A stretch of 64,000 nt of DNA from Camelus ferus (taxonomy: Eukaryota). The translations under genes and the position numbers were made by a program. Location: contig NC_045707.1 in NCBI RefSeq assembly GCF_009834535.1, positions 6,200,001-6,264,000 on the forward strand, written 5' to 3'. Below are positions 35,986-48,549 of the stretch, piece by piece. Within the stretch, counting starts at the first letter, position 1. Every line of letters starts with the position of its first letter. The notes under the pieces were generated by a model. That model saw only the letters and a program-made list of their open reading frames with translations, searched no databases and had not been told where the DNA came from.

Positions 35986-38900
35986 TAGTCTGTCTCCAGC
36001 CCTGGAGGTGGCCTTCAGTCTCTGTTGCTCCAGCATTTATCCTCAGCTTATAAAAAGACCAGCTCTAGGAAAATTGCTTGCTCCTCCCATAATCTGCATG
36101 GATATGGGTATGGAGTAGTTGTGCAGGAACACCTTTTGGGTACTCCTGAGAGAGTTGGGAGAAGGGATAGACATGGGTCCACTGACTTCCTGTCTTCATT
36201 CTGGAAGGTGAAGAGCTACATTGAGAGGATGAGCTCTAGAATTACATTTGCAGAATTTTCATCATTAAATGTGAAATTCCTTGGGGAATTATGCCCAGTT
36301 TGGAGTATTTCTGCTCTCACCCTGTAGAGACCGAGACAGTTTCTGAGTGAGAGGTACCTGAGCTGTCTCAGGAGTCCCTTTAACCCCTGCACTCCAGTGC
36401 TGTGTAGCTGGGCGCCTCCACCTCCTGCTGGACATTTGTGTTGTTTTGTTGTTGTCATTTTTCGCTGAGAATGCTACGGAACTGATTTAAGACAAGGGCC
36501 CAGCCTGGGGAAGATTTCTGTGCTGGTGCGGAAGAAATCACGTCTTAATAACTATAATGCACAAGGAGGGGAGGGGGCGTCCTGGGTGGAGCTAAATCCA
36601 GACCGGGCCATCCTGAAACTTGCATGTGGGTGGCATGTTTAGTCTGCCTCACGGCACTGTTGGCACTAGAGACACTGATATAGAGAGCCCCGCTGTGCCA
36701 GTCACTGAACCCAGGGCTTGTTGGATAAACACTGCCTCACTTGTCCTTCACAACAGCCCTAAGATGTAGGTGTCATTAGCCTGTTTTCACAGTGATGAAA
36801 CAGACCCTGATTGGTTAAATGGCTTGTCCGAGGTCACAGCCAGCATGCAGCTGAGCCAGGTTTTGAATGTAGGTTTGTTTGACTGCAGAACTCAGGCTTT
36901 TTACCATTCAGTCAAACTCTTTCCCCAGAGTACTCCCCTGGGGGATAGAGTAGAAACCAGGTCTCTGTGGCGTAGGCTAGATATAAGGGACACAGTTCGA
37001 TTGGCTCCATGCCCTGTTTGGATGTGTATCTGTTTGGGGCTGTGATTGCCTCCTGGCACAAATACCAGCACAGCTTGAGAGGGAGAGGCTGGAGCTGTGG
37101 GGCTGCCTCACAGGCTGCCTATTGAGCTTGCAGAGGATGCCCTTCCTAAGTGTGGGGGCCAGAGCAGAGCTTGGGATTTGTATGCAGTTCATGGTGTACC
37201 TGGAGTCTCTGCCCCAGACAACAGCAAAGGAGAATTAGACAGATGAGTAAATCTATCAACTGATTCCTTAAAGGAACACCCTACTGCCTTGGAGTCCATT
37301 TAAAGGCTATGACTTGGGAGAGACCGGCCTCCCTGACCCTTTCCAAGCCTCTGAAAAGGACTGCATCACTTTTGTGCCTGCCAGTTTCATTGCAGCCAAG
37401 CTAGCTGATGGCCTGGTGGCGGAGGGAATTGTTTAGCCTTGGATTCTTGGGAGGGGCGCCAAGCATTTGCTTACCAGGAGTTGGAGAAAACTACTAGAAG
37501 CAGCAGAGGTGTGGGAAGATGGTGCTTCTTATGGAGGGTATTGACTGCATTCCTGTGTTGCTCACCTAGACAGAATCTCGCCTGAGGCTTCCCTGCCAGG
37601 AAGGGCTGGCAGCTGGCTGCTAAGAGCTGTGAGGCTGGCTGAAGGCACTTGAGGGTCTTAACCCCTCCTGAGACCTTGAAGTCGTCTTGCTGGTAAAATG
37701 GGTGGGTAGCCCCATGAGGTAGAGCACCCCCCTGCTGGCAGGGTCTGTCAGGCATTCAGGGATGGAATGAGTGGATAGGTGAGACCTTTTCAGTCTGAGA
37801 TGTGCTGTCCTGGTGCTTGTGTCCTGCTCTGAGGCTCCTGGTCTTTGGTGACTGGGAAGGGAGTGGAGGGGATGGGGGAAAGAGCAGCCTGTGGTTCTTT
37901 CTCCAAAGCATAGCATCTCCTCCCAGGAGAGCTGAGTAATAGCAGCTGAGTAATTTATTGAATGCCTGCCAGGAGCCCAGCTACTGAGCTCTGCTTTTCA
38001 TGTGTTTTTTCCTTACAGAATGCAATATGTTCATAAAAGCTCTCTTTCCTTCTCTCTGTTCCAGTCCCCAAAGGCAACCACCGATGGCGATTTGGTATAT
38101 TTGTCATTCTTCACTTTTTTCCTCTGCATTTACAAGCAGTTCGTTGTTTCTAATCCTCACAAAATCTTTACTGTTTTACCCTCATTTTACAGAAGGGGAA
38201 ACTGAGGCTCAGAGAGGCGACAAATCTTGTCTGAGATCCCACAGCAAGGGGAGCTGAAATTCTAAGCTGTGATGCCCTTTCTGTGACTTGGCACTGGGGT
38301 TGGAGTGTGAATGCCACAGGTCAGAATGGGGCTGGTGGCTTCTCTGTCTTTTGCTGAAGCAGCTGCCTCAAGAGACCAGGCCTCTTCCAGGAGCCCAGCC
38401 TATTTGGACAGCTCGGCCACCTCCTAGGCTTGCTCTGAGCGCTGGCGCCTACCGACACATGGTTCCCTAAGGCAGCACTGAGTATGCCATACTTAGTAGG
38501 ATGAACAGAGGTCAGACTGGCCCAGCCAGGCTGGCAGGTTGGTCCCTTTCGTATACTTTGGCTCTGTGAACAGGCACTAATGGCTCGGCACAGCCTTTTC
38601 CAGAGATACTTACAACTTGAATTTGAAAGCACAGTGAAGAGACTTGTGTTCTATTCATGGCTCTGCCTTCATCCATTTCATCACCAAGTATTGAACTTAT
38701 TCTGTGTCACACGCCATCCTAGATTCTGTACATAGTGGTGACCAGCATAGACAAGTTTTCTGCCCTCACAGAGCTTACATTTTAGTGGAATTTACCTTCT
38801 CACCTGTCTGAGTCTCCATTTTCTCACCTACACAGAAGACAAAATGACCTGCAACAATCTCACTTGGCACAGTTGTAGGGAAGATGACACAAGGTAACCT

Positions 38901-41900
38901 TTGTGATCTTGTTTGGCACAGTTTTGTTCATTTCTTTTCATTTCGTTTCTTACGTGACTCCCTGGTGGGTCCCCTTTGGTTATGTTGCTTCCTTCTGAGT
39001 TTGTTCTGTGTCAGTAAGTGCAAGATCAGTTGAGCCTCCCTTACTCTCTGGGAGCCCTACAGATTTGTATTCCAGCCAGCAAGGGAGGGGGTACCATAAG
39101 ACCAAGAAGCCAGACTCCATGAGAGGTACTCCGGTTCAGCGGTGGGGACTGAGCCCCCATGGAGGACCGAGCCCACCTGGTTGCCAGGCCTGGACAGAGG
39201 TTGGGAGACACTGTCCGTAGCACAGTGAGAAGGGCTTGGGCTCAGCAGGTTCCACGCTGTGCGACGTTGGGCGGGCCACTTCCTGTCCCTGAGCCTCTGT
39301 ATCCTCAGGGCAATTAGGGAGACTGCTCTGTCCAGCAAGGTTTTTCAGAGTAACTGGCATGGAGCACTATGTTAGCTACTGCTGTTTATTCCAAAACAGA
39401 TCTGAGGGCTTCTGGTTACTGGTCACCGTGATGGGAGACTCCCACCCAAGTGGAAGGAGTGTTTTGTAACAGAGGAAGTGCTATAGGAGTGCTTAGAATG
39501 CAGCCTATGAAGGTGTTATCCCCACTCGCGGAGGAAAAAAGCCATGATAGAAGGGTTAAATAAAACCACACAACGTTCTACATCTGGGATTTGAGCCCAG
39601 GTCTCCATCTCCAGGCTCTGTGCCTGATATGATGGTGGCATGTTTCTGTTCAGTATAAGAAGCATTTGTTGTTCCTGGACCAATCCCGTTGAATCAGGGG
39701 CTTGTAGAGGTTCCTGAAGAGTTTTCTGCCTTGATGCTGCCCATGGTCCCCAAGTCACTGAGAAAATGGAGAGTGAGGGCTTAGTAGACATACCTGTCAT
39801 ACATAAGGGCCTGGTATTTACTCATGAGAATTTCAGAAGGCCTGACTGAGACTTGGGCTCCAAGTATGGGGAAGAAATTACCCATTTCCTAGTTGTTGTG
39901 ATGTCCAGGTTGGCTGGCCTATGGGTGATCTCTGGAATGTTTCCTGGCCCTGGGGCCAGGTTAAACCGAGCATTGAGTATGTTTTACTTTTGGACTTAGG
40001 AAGTAAAAACAAAACCCCAATAAGCTATTTTTTAAAAAATGCCCAAGTTGTCCTCCTTCTTTAAATAATACTGATCTGGACTACTCACAACCCAGCCACA
40101 GTAGTCAGGTATTGTAAGACTCAGTAATATCTGTTTTTAAGGTAGAATTAAATTCTTACCTTTTTTCTTGTTCATATAGTTACCCATCGTAGGAAACTTG
40201 GGAAATACAGAAGTATAAAGAATACCATAAAAATTATCTATAATTATTTGTAATACCCAGAGATAACCCACCCCCACCCAGAGACAGCTACTATTAACAT
40301 TTTGATGTATCTCTTTCTAATGTTTTTAAAAATTTATAATCCAATTTAAAATGTGTTTAGTAGTACACATATTTATAATTTATATTTCTTTAAATTTTTT
40401 TATTCTAAAACTCATGTATGTACAATATTGAAGGTTCAAATTACATAAATATAAAAAGTAAAAATATTCTCCGTAATTTCGCCCTCCAAGGATAGCTACT
40501 GTTAACAGTTTGGCATCTATTCCATTTTGATTTTATTTGGTTTCTTTAATTCATTCCTGTCCAAACCAATACTTAGAATTTCCAGGAGACACTTGGAGGG
40601 TTCAGTGTTTGGGCTTAGAGCCAGTCTGCCTTTGAATGCTGGTGTAACTGTGAGACATTATTGGGCGAATTACTACCCTTCTCCAGCCCTCAATTTCCTC
40701 ATCTTTTAAATGGGGCTCATATACAATAGGGCTGTTCATAAAGTGCTTATAACTTGGCACTCAATAGAAAGTATTAAATACTACTACTACTAGTAGTAAT
40801 TATTATTGTTATTATTATCATTATCTTTGCTTAGAAACCTCAGCCCTAACAGGGTACTGTGGGTACCCTGGTGTCAGGGACTCTGGGGAGGGGTGGATGC
40901 AGGATGGGCTGGTGTTTGGTGCCTCTCTTTGTGCCACTGAGTATTAAACACCACTGGGTACCTGGCATCAGGCCAGGGAGTCTGGTGGAGGGGTGGTGGT
41001 GCTGGGTATTCCTGGACAGGCTTCAGGGAGTCGTAAAATTGTGTTTTGTGTTCTCTAAATTTTCTCCGTGAAATACATCTTCCGTTTTTAAATGAGAGGA
41101 AAAACCCTAGTAAATGTTACTTAAAAAACAAACCAATGACAACCTGCTTGTAGCATTTTACATACTAATTGCTACTTTTTGGGAACCTATTCATGTCATA
41201 TCAGACCTCACATGGTACTGTAGATATTTATTCCTTTTTCCCAAATGAAGAAACTGGGTTCAGAGGTGAAACCTGCTTGATAGCACACAACTGAACGGTA
41301 GAGCTGGGCCTTTGAGCTAGATCTCAGTTCTTTTTACTGTGCTGCTTGCCTCTTGTAAACCACAGGTTCACCCTCCTTCCCCTGCTGGACCTTCCACCAT
41401 TTCCTGCTTTGTCTTTTACTTCCCACCATTTTGAGTGGTTTATAGCTCCTGCACGCTTCACGTGTTGATTTTGGGTCTTCTATCGTACTGTCCGTCCTCT
41501 GAGAGCCTTGAAACCCCTCTTATCCGCCACAGCGCTGGTCAGTGAAGTCTTGTCCGGGCATCCCAGGCAGGGTTAACTGTTCCCTCTGTGCACTCCTGCC
41601 CCTTCTGTGTGTTTACTTTTTCATGTAGGAGTTGCATTTATGTGCTGATCATGGCCACACTAAGGTATATAAATGTGGGGACTGTCTTCTTGGTATCTGT
41701 GTCCTATTGCTTGGCACAGAATAGGTGCTCAAGTAGTAAAATACAAATGGTATTTATAGAAAAGAGGTCATATGATAAGCCACCATCAACCTGTTCACTT
41801 CTGTCCCTGTTGAATGCACTGTCTACATGGCAGTCACGGTGGTGGTGGTTTTTTTTTTTTTTTTTTTTGAAAATGCAGATATGATCCTGCTTAATTTCAG

Positions 41901-42299
41901 TGGCTTCCCATTGCTTTTAGGATCAAGTTAAACTTTTAACATGTCCTACGGTAAAGTTTATACATATTTACAAAAGAAGGTCAAGGCCTGACTGACTGGT
42001 GAAGGTACAGTGAACCACTTTCATGTTCAGACAGTTCATTACTTAGATACAGAATGAGAAGAAGAAGCTGAAGGTGCCAGCTCCCTGCGTCCTAGACACA
42101 CACACCGGAAGGGGCGGCACCAGAACAGAAGGAGCTGATGGCTGCGCTGCAGGTTGTGGCTGCTCTGTTACCACTAAGCGGGGGTTATATTCTGAGATAA
42201 GGAGATGAGTGGGAGATGGCCTCATACCTCCTTTAGAGGCCTCCTATCCTCTGGCGTTCCGAGGTATTCTGCCAAGACTCGGGTGAGCTGTAGTTCAAG

Positions 42300-42860
42300 G
42301 TTGCTAGGGTGCTTTTCTCATACACCTGCAAGACCCGTCATGATACCTGGCTGCATTTTTACCTTTTAGCCTTATTTTCTGCCATTTCCACTGTCCTTTG
42401 CTCCCTTTGCTTCAGCCAAGCTGGCTTTCTCTTTCTTTCAATTTATGAGTCCTTTCCTCCCTGGGGCCTTTGCACACGCTGTTCTCTCTGCCTGCCAGGT
42501 TCTCTGGATTCCTTCCCCTTTACCCCATTGTATTTGCCTGGCTAACTTCTAGTAATGTTTCACTTCTCAGATTAAATATTACTTTCTTGGAGAAGCCCTG
42601 CCCCCAGCCTGGATTAGGTTCTCCAGCTTTATACTGTTACAGCGTTACAGCCACTTAACTTTTCTTTCATAGCACTTCTCTTACATAGTTGCTTCCATAG
42701 CTTCTGGAGTGATTACTTGGTATCTGTCTTCACCAGACTCTAAGCTCAGCAAGGGCAGGGCCTGTGTCTGTCTTGCCAACCTCATTAATTCACGCACCAC
42801 CGCACAAAGTCCGGGGCTGGCTGGCTAAATAATGTGTTTAATGAATCAGTAACACATTCG
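42300..42860 (+). mobile_element. LINE-2 fragment
   Basis: ggcctttgcacacgctgttctctctgcctgcc...cagattaaatattactttcttggagaagcc...gtttaatgaat. Confidence 0.7.
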
Positions 42861-43654
42861 TTTTAATTAGGGAAGTAGTGTGGTGGCAAAAGCATTGACT
42901 TGAGAATTGAGTGACTTGAGCTCTGCTCCAGACTGCTGTTAACTAGGTTTGTGTGACCTGGGGCACTCATTTTTTCATCTGTTAAGTGAAAAAAGATTAT
43001 TTGGTGAGCTGGGGTCACCCTGAGTTCAGACAATATGTGATTCAAGATGAACCATGTAATTAGCAGAGTTCTAGGGGGATGAGACCTTGGATGAGGATCC
43101 AGCTGCCTTCTTGACACCTCTGCTTGGGTGTCAGACAGGCAACCTCCCCATCTCACCCCCAAACCTGCTTTTCCTGTTGTCTTCCCTGTTTCAGTTCAGA
43201 GCAACTCCATTCTTTCAGTTACTGAGGCCCAGAGCTCAGTGATGTTCTTGACTTTTCTCTCATGCTCCTTGGCCACTCTGTCAGCAAATCCTATTGTCAG
43301 TACTTTCTGAATATATCCAGACCCCAGCCCACTCTCACCACCTCCACCACAGTGACTGTAGTCCAAATCACCATCATCTTTCACTAGGCTGGCCTCCTAC
43401 TGGTTTTCTTGCTTCCTTCTGTTCTCCATACAGCAGCCACAATGATCCTTGTAAATAAGTCAGATCATGTAATTCCTGTTCAGAATTCTCCATTAGCTTC
43501 TCATTGTGCTCAGAGGAAAGTCCACAGTCTTTACCATATTCTGCAAGGTCCTGTACAGTCACGTCCCCTGCTGCCTCTTGGTCTTTTACTGCCCTCCTCC
43601 TTGTTCATTCTGCTCTGGCCATGCTGGCTTCCTTACTGTTCTCTTTTCCCTATA

Positions 43655-44160
43655 TATTTTAATTAAAAGTTTTTAACCATTTTAAGTGTACAGTTCAGTA
43701 GCATCAAGTACATTCACACTGTTCACATTCACATTATGGCACAACCATCACCACTATTTATCTCCAAAACTTTTTCATCTTCCCAAGCTGAGGCTGTACC
43801 CATCAGACTCTGACTCCCCATTTCCCTCTCCCCCTAGCTCCTGGCACCCACCGTTCTACTTTTTGTCTTTGAACTGAATTACTCCAGGTACCTCATATAA
43901 CTGTAATCATTCAGTATTTGTACTTTTATGACTGGCTTATTTCACTTAGCATAATGTCTTCAAGGTCCATTCATATTGTAGCGTGTGTCAGAATTTTCTA
44001 GACTTTTAAAAATCCCTTTTTAAGGCTGACTTGTATTCAACTGTATGTACCACATCCTGTTTATTCATCATCAGTGGACACTTGGGTTGCTTCTGCTTTT
44101 CGGCTGTTGAGAATAATGCGGCTGTTGAGAATAATGCGGCTGTCAGTGTGGGTTTACAGA
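43655..44160 (-). mobile_element. LINE-1 3' end (L1MB-type) inserted into an L2
   Basis: ttttaagtgtacagttcagtagcatcaagtacattcacactg...ggcttatttcacttagcataatgtcttcaagg; flanked by ttcctt(a/g)ctgttct at about 43629-43642 and 44166-44179. Confidence 0.88.
44101..44143 (+). repeat. 18-bp tandem duplication inside an L1 relic
   Basis: cggctgttgagaataatg x2 plus cggctgt. Confidence 0.9.
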
Positions 44161-44998
44161 TTTCTTTCCTTGCTGTTCTTTGAACATAGCAGGTACTACC
44201 TCACTTTGGAGGACTCTTACAGTTTCTGTCTAGAATACTCTTCCTTTAGATACTTGTAGGTTGGCTTGCACCTTCAGTGTCACCTTCCCACTGAAGCCTT
44301 TCTCAACTATCCTATTTTAAATTGCACCTCCCCGCACTTCCCTGGCTCCCTCACCTGTTGCTCCTGCTTCGCTCTCTCTCAAGACACCAGCTGACTGAGG
44401 TTTTACTTGTTTCTCTATCTCTACTTGTATGTCTCCCCATCAGTTCCCCCCTTAACCTCCCCAAATGTCAGTCCCAAGAGGGCAGAGAATATTGGATCAT
44501 TTTGTTCGTTGCTGTAGCCCCAGTGCCTAGAACAATGCCTGGCACCCATAGTCACTCAATAGCTATTTGGTGGATGGACAGTTGAATGAATAAACAAATG
44601 AGTAAGGGTTGGTGGGAGGAAGGAGGGGAGGCAGAGAATGACACTGAAGGTAGATGCTTTTCACCAGGGTCAACCCTGCTTATCATTTCTTCATTTCTGG
44701 CTGCTGCTGAGATTATAAGGGTCAAAGTAAAATCCTAGCTTTCCTTCCTCCATCTGTCTTGTCCAGTCAGTTGTCCAGTGACTGCCCCTGTCCCTCAAAG
44801 ACCATTTTGTTCTGGGAAAGTTGCATGATAGAGGACACCAAAATGCATGCACAGAAGTGAGGGGTCAACATGAGGTTGCAGGTTTTAAATTTTTCTAAGT
44901 AGGGACAGCAAAGCAACAAGCAAAACCAAATTCAAACAAAAAACCCACCAAATCTTCATCTCCTATCACCATCATTTCTTAAAAGAAAGGGCCTTTTT

Positions 44999-45416
44999 CT
45001 GTTTTGCTGTCNNNNNNNNNNNNNNNNNNNNNNNNNNNNNNNNNNNNNNNNNNNNNNNNNNNNNNNNNNNNNNNNNNNNNNNNNNNNNNNNNNNNNNNNN
45101 NNNNNNNNNNNNNNNNNNNNNNNNNNNNNNNNNNNNNNNNNNNNNNNNNNNNNNNNNNNNNNNNNNNNNNNNNNNNNNNNNTTTGTCTCAATTGGCCATT
45201 TAAGTTTAATAGTAAAAGACTGGTTAATGATAACAATGCATCATAAACCTTTCAGAAGGAAAGGAGAATGTTTTGTGGACCATTTGTTTTTTGTGTGTGT
45301 GGCAGTTATAAGTTATTGGTTTTTAAAATTGGTACTTTTTAATGGAAACAACTTGACCAAAAATCTGTCACAGAATTTTGAGACCCATTAAAACAAAGTT
45401 TAATGAGAAAAAAAAG
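44999..45416 (+). pseudogene. EEF1A1: 5'-truncated processed pseudogene of EEF1A1 (last ~40 codons plus 3'UTR and poly(A))
   Basis: 45182-45407 closely matches my recollection of the EEF1A1 3'UTR (caattggccatttaagttt...aaagactggttaatgataacaatgcat...ggaaacaacttgaccaaaaat...gagacccattaaa). It has ATTAAA at 45387-45392, an A-tail at 45408-45416 and an imperfect TSD (44981-44997 vs 45413-45429). The left edge gttttgctgtc fits the (R)FAV codons. Confidence 0.88.
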
Positions 45417-45899
45417 GGGGGGGCCTTTTAATACCAAAGGTATAGGGAGGAAAGATTCAGAACAGAGAACATGTTTTAAATGTAATAAATTTGACTTAAA
45501 AAAAAACAACTTGCTACATGGTCTTTATTTTTCCCATTTTCCTCGTGGATAGTTGTGTGCAGACAGGCACCAAGTGCATGGGCTGAGGTTTGGGGGCGTC
45601 TAGTGCAGTCGGCGGAACGCTGCAAATGCCCAGGATAATTGTCATTCGTTGTCTGTTTGGCTTTGATGTTTGTAAGTAATTACTTTAAATTGAGGTATAA
45701 TTCACATACAACATTGTATTCGTTTCAGGTGTATTACATAATATATTGCAAAATGATCACCACAGTAAATCTAGTTAACATACATAGTTATGTAACTAAT
45801 ATTTTTAATTGGAGGTTCTCTAAGGTAATGTTTTCAAGCTGCATACATTGACTTATTATTGGATCATGAAATTAATGAGGTCCAACTTCAAAAAAAGAT

Positions 45900-46215
45900 A
45901 ACATAGAATGCTAAGTGAAAAAAGCCAGACACAAAAGGCCACCTATTGTATGACTTCATTTATACGAAGTACCTAGAATGGACAAATCCATAGAAACAGC
46001 AGATTAGTGATTGCCAGTGGCTGGGGCAGGGAGAGTGAAAGGAAAAGGAGCAACTGCCTAGTGTGTCCAGGGCTTGCTTTGGGTGATGAAAAGGTTCTGG
46101 AACAAGCTAGTGGTGATGGTTGCACAACATTGTGAATGTACTGAATTGTACTTTTAATAGCTACTGTGGTAAATTTTGTGTGATATGTATTTTACCACAA
46201 TGAAAATAATAACAA
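45900..46215 (+). mobile_element. Old LINE-1 3' end (L1MB-type)
   Basis: gctaagtgaaaaaagccagacacaaaaggccacctattgtatgacttcatttata...ggtgatggttgcacaacattgtgaatgtac...ttttaccacaat. Confidence 0.85.
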
Positions 46216-46251
46216 ATTATCAGTGTACGTTGCACGTGTCAAGTACTGTTT

Positions 46252-46504
46252 TTTTAAATATATTTTATTGAAGTATAGTCAGTTTACAATGTTGTGTCAG
46301 TTTCTGGTGTACAGCAAGTACTTCAGTCATACATGAATATACATACATTCGTTTTCATATTCGTTTTCACCATAAGCTACTACAAGATACCGAATATAGT
46401 TTCCTGTGCTATACAGTATAAACTTGTTTATCTATTTTATGTACATCAGTCTGTATCTGCAAATCTCGAACTCCCAGTTTATCCCTTCCCACCCCCTTCC
46501 CCCT
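46252..46504 (-). mobile_element. Younger LINE-1 3' fragment with TSD
   Basis: ttttattgaagtatagtcagtttacaatgttgtgtcagtttctggtgtacagc...ccctgtgc-like tttcctgtgctatacagta; flanked by caagtact(g/a)ttt (46240-46251, 46505-46516). Confidence 0.85.
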
Positions 46505-47639
46505 CAAGTACTATTTACTGAAACTTTTGTTTCAGTTACACCCACCACTCTTTCGGTAACTGCTGGATCACAACATAAAATGTATTTTGTGCGTATGTGT
46601 TTTTAAGTCAGAATTTGAAAGCCCTCAAAGGCTCCTTTTAGCTTGGAACACCCTGTGGCCAATATTTGGATGTTGCCAGAGCTATTTCTCTGACATGGTT
46701 TCACTGGGATGCAACTTGAATGACTTCCTCCTACCCTGATGACTCTCCACAGATGCCATGTGATTTTCAGCAAATCACTTATTCTCTGGCTTTTGCAACT
46801 GTAAGCCAGTGTTTTTATTTGAGCCCAAATGTGATCTTGTTTGAGCCCCCAGAAGATCTTAGCCTCTTTTTCACTTACCCACTCACATTTCCCTGCCTTC
46901 TGTGACCCCTGTGCATACAGCAGCCACTACAACACACTCCCACACTTCTTGTTTTCATGCCCATCTTATCCCACCCTTTTGTGGTCTTGAGGGCAGGGAG
47001 AGCAGTGGTGTTGTAGAGTCGGGTGTGGTACAGCTGAGCTTTCCCCAGGTGTGCTTAGCAAATAGGATACAGTTGTGCAGGAGCAGTGACACTGACCCCA
47101 CCCCCACCCCCCAGCAATTGAGCCTGTCAGTTGCTTCCCAGCAGCAGCCTGGTTTATTTACCAAGATGAATTATTTTGTTCATGGACCTTAATTTGAAAA
47201 AGTTTGGAAGCCATGTGGAAATAGTTTTTGGCACCTAAGAAGGTGTTCATTGTTCGTTAAACGACAGGGATTAGTCTCCCGATTTTATATGCCATTTTAA
47301 AATAGGAAGAGTAAACAGTTTGACCAGTCAGGGGGCTAATAATAACTGAACTAGCGTTCTGTATCTGGCGTGCATCTCCTGACACCGCGCTGGGTTGCAT
47401 TTTGTATGCACATATGCTCACCGTCTTTGCATGTGTGTAAATAATGGTGAAGGCTGTGGCTACTCTAGAGAGGCCTAAGCTCTGGGGGCTCTCCTCCTCG
47501 GTGTAGATAAATCTGTTCTGACATTGCTACACTTTACACTGGGCCTTTGGGGAATAAGTGGTTTCAACTGAGAGCCTGCTTGCTGGGGAGGAATATTTAT
47601 AGAATCTTTTGAGTTGGGAAGAACTTCGGAGAACATTTA

Positions 47640-47800
47640 GTCCAGTGTTTCTGAGACATGGCTGTGTCAGTTACTTGGTCATCTTTACTGATGCTTAGGC
47701 TCCACCTCAGGTGATTCTGATTGAGAGGTCTGGGAGCAGTAGGGCCTTGAAGCTGTTTTTATGAAACCTCCCAGGTTATTTTGATGCAGCCAGAACAATC
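47640..47800. mobile_element. MER5A-like DNA transposon
   Basis: ccagtgtttctgag...ggctccacctcaggtgattctgattgagaggtctggg...ctcccaggttattttgatgcagcc. Confidence 0.65.
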
Positions 47801-48549
47801 CACTTCTCCCATTTTATAGAAATAGAAAAAAAGGCACAGAAAGGCTAGATTACTTGTACAAGGGTGCATCGTGACCCAGCTTGGAGGCCAGATCTCTGGA
47901 CTCCCATGTCCTGAATGTTCCTTCTTGGCCTCCACTGCCTCCTGTCACATGGGGACTCTCCCTGTCCACCAAAACGCACACAGGGAAGTGACCCAAGGGG
48001 CAGGCACAGAGGCCTTCCAAGCTTGATACTTTCACCCAAAATCGGGATTCAAGGACAAAATGTAGTGATACTAGGAAACTTTGGCTTTCTCTACACCAGC
48101 TGAAGTCAGCTTGCTGTCAATCTCTTTTCATTCACACAGTATCACCTTAATAACAAATTTAAGGAATTATAGAAGAAAATAATTTTCCATCTTAACCCAA
48201 ACCTTTTGTTACAATGTTAGTGCATTTCCTTTACATATCTAGAATTATTTCTTGAGGATAGATTCTCAGATATGGAGTTACTGGGTCAAAGGTATGGATG
48301 TTCCTCTGGGCTTCTTATTGACAAGCTGCTTTTTGAAAAGATTGAATTACTTGCTTTTAATCTGCAGCAAGCAGTCTGTAAGAATCTCTTTGGTTCTGAG
48401 CATTTAATGTTTAATTAAAAATTAATATTAGTTACATTCTTTCTAATTATAAGAAGTGTTACAATGAGTCATTTGTAGAAAACTTGGAAAATATAGAAAA
48501 GTCAAGAAGGAAATTTTAAAAAAAGAAGGAAATTTAAGCCATCACTTGA

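Larger units (their letters stand above)
43110..44600 (+). mobile_element. LINE-2 3' portion, split by the L1 above
   Basis: L2 motifs (cagcagccacaatgatccttgtaaataagtcagatcatg; cccagtgcctagaacaatgcctggcac; gaatgaataaa terminus). Confidence 0.82.

Noticed and set aside
37722-37740. CTCF-like site (TGCCAGCAGGGGGGTGCT on -)
   Set aside because: An extra G displaces the 3' GCGC of the core motif; not supportable without ChIP data.
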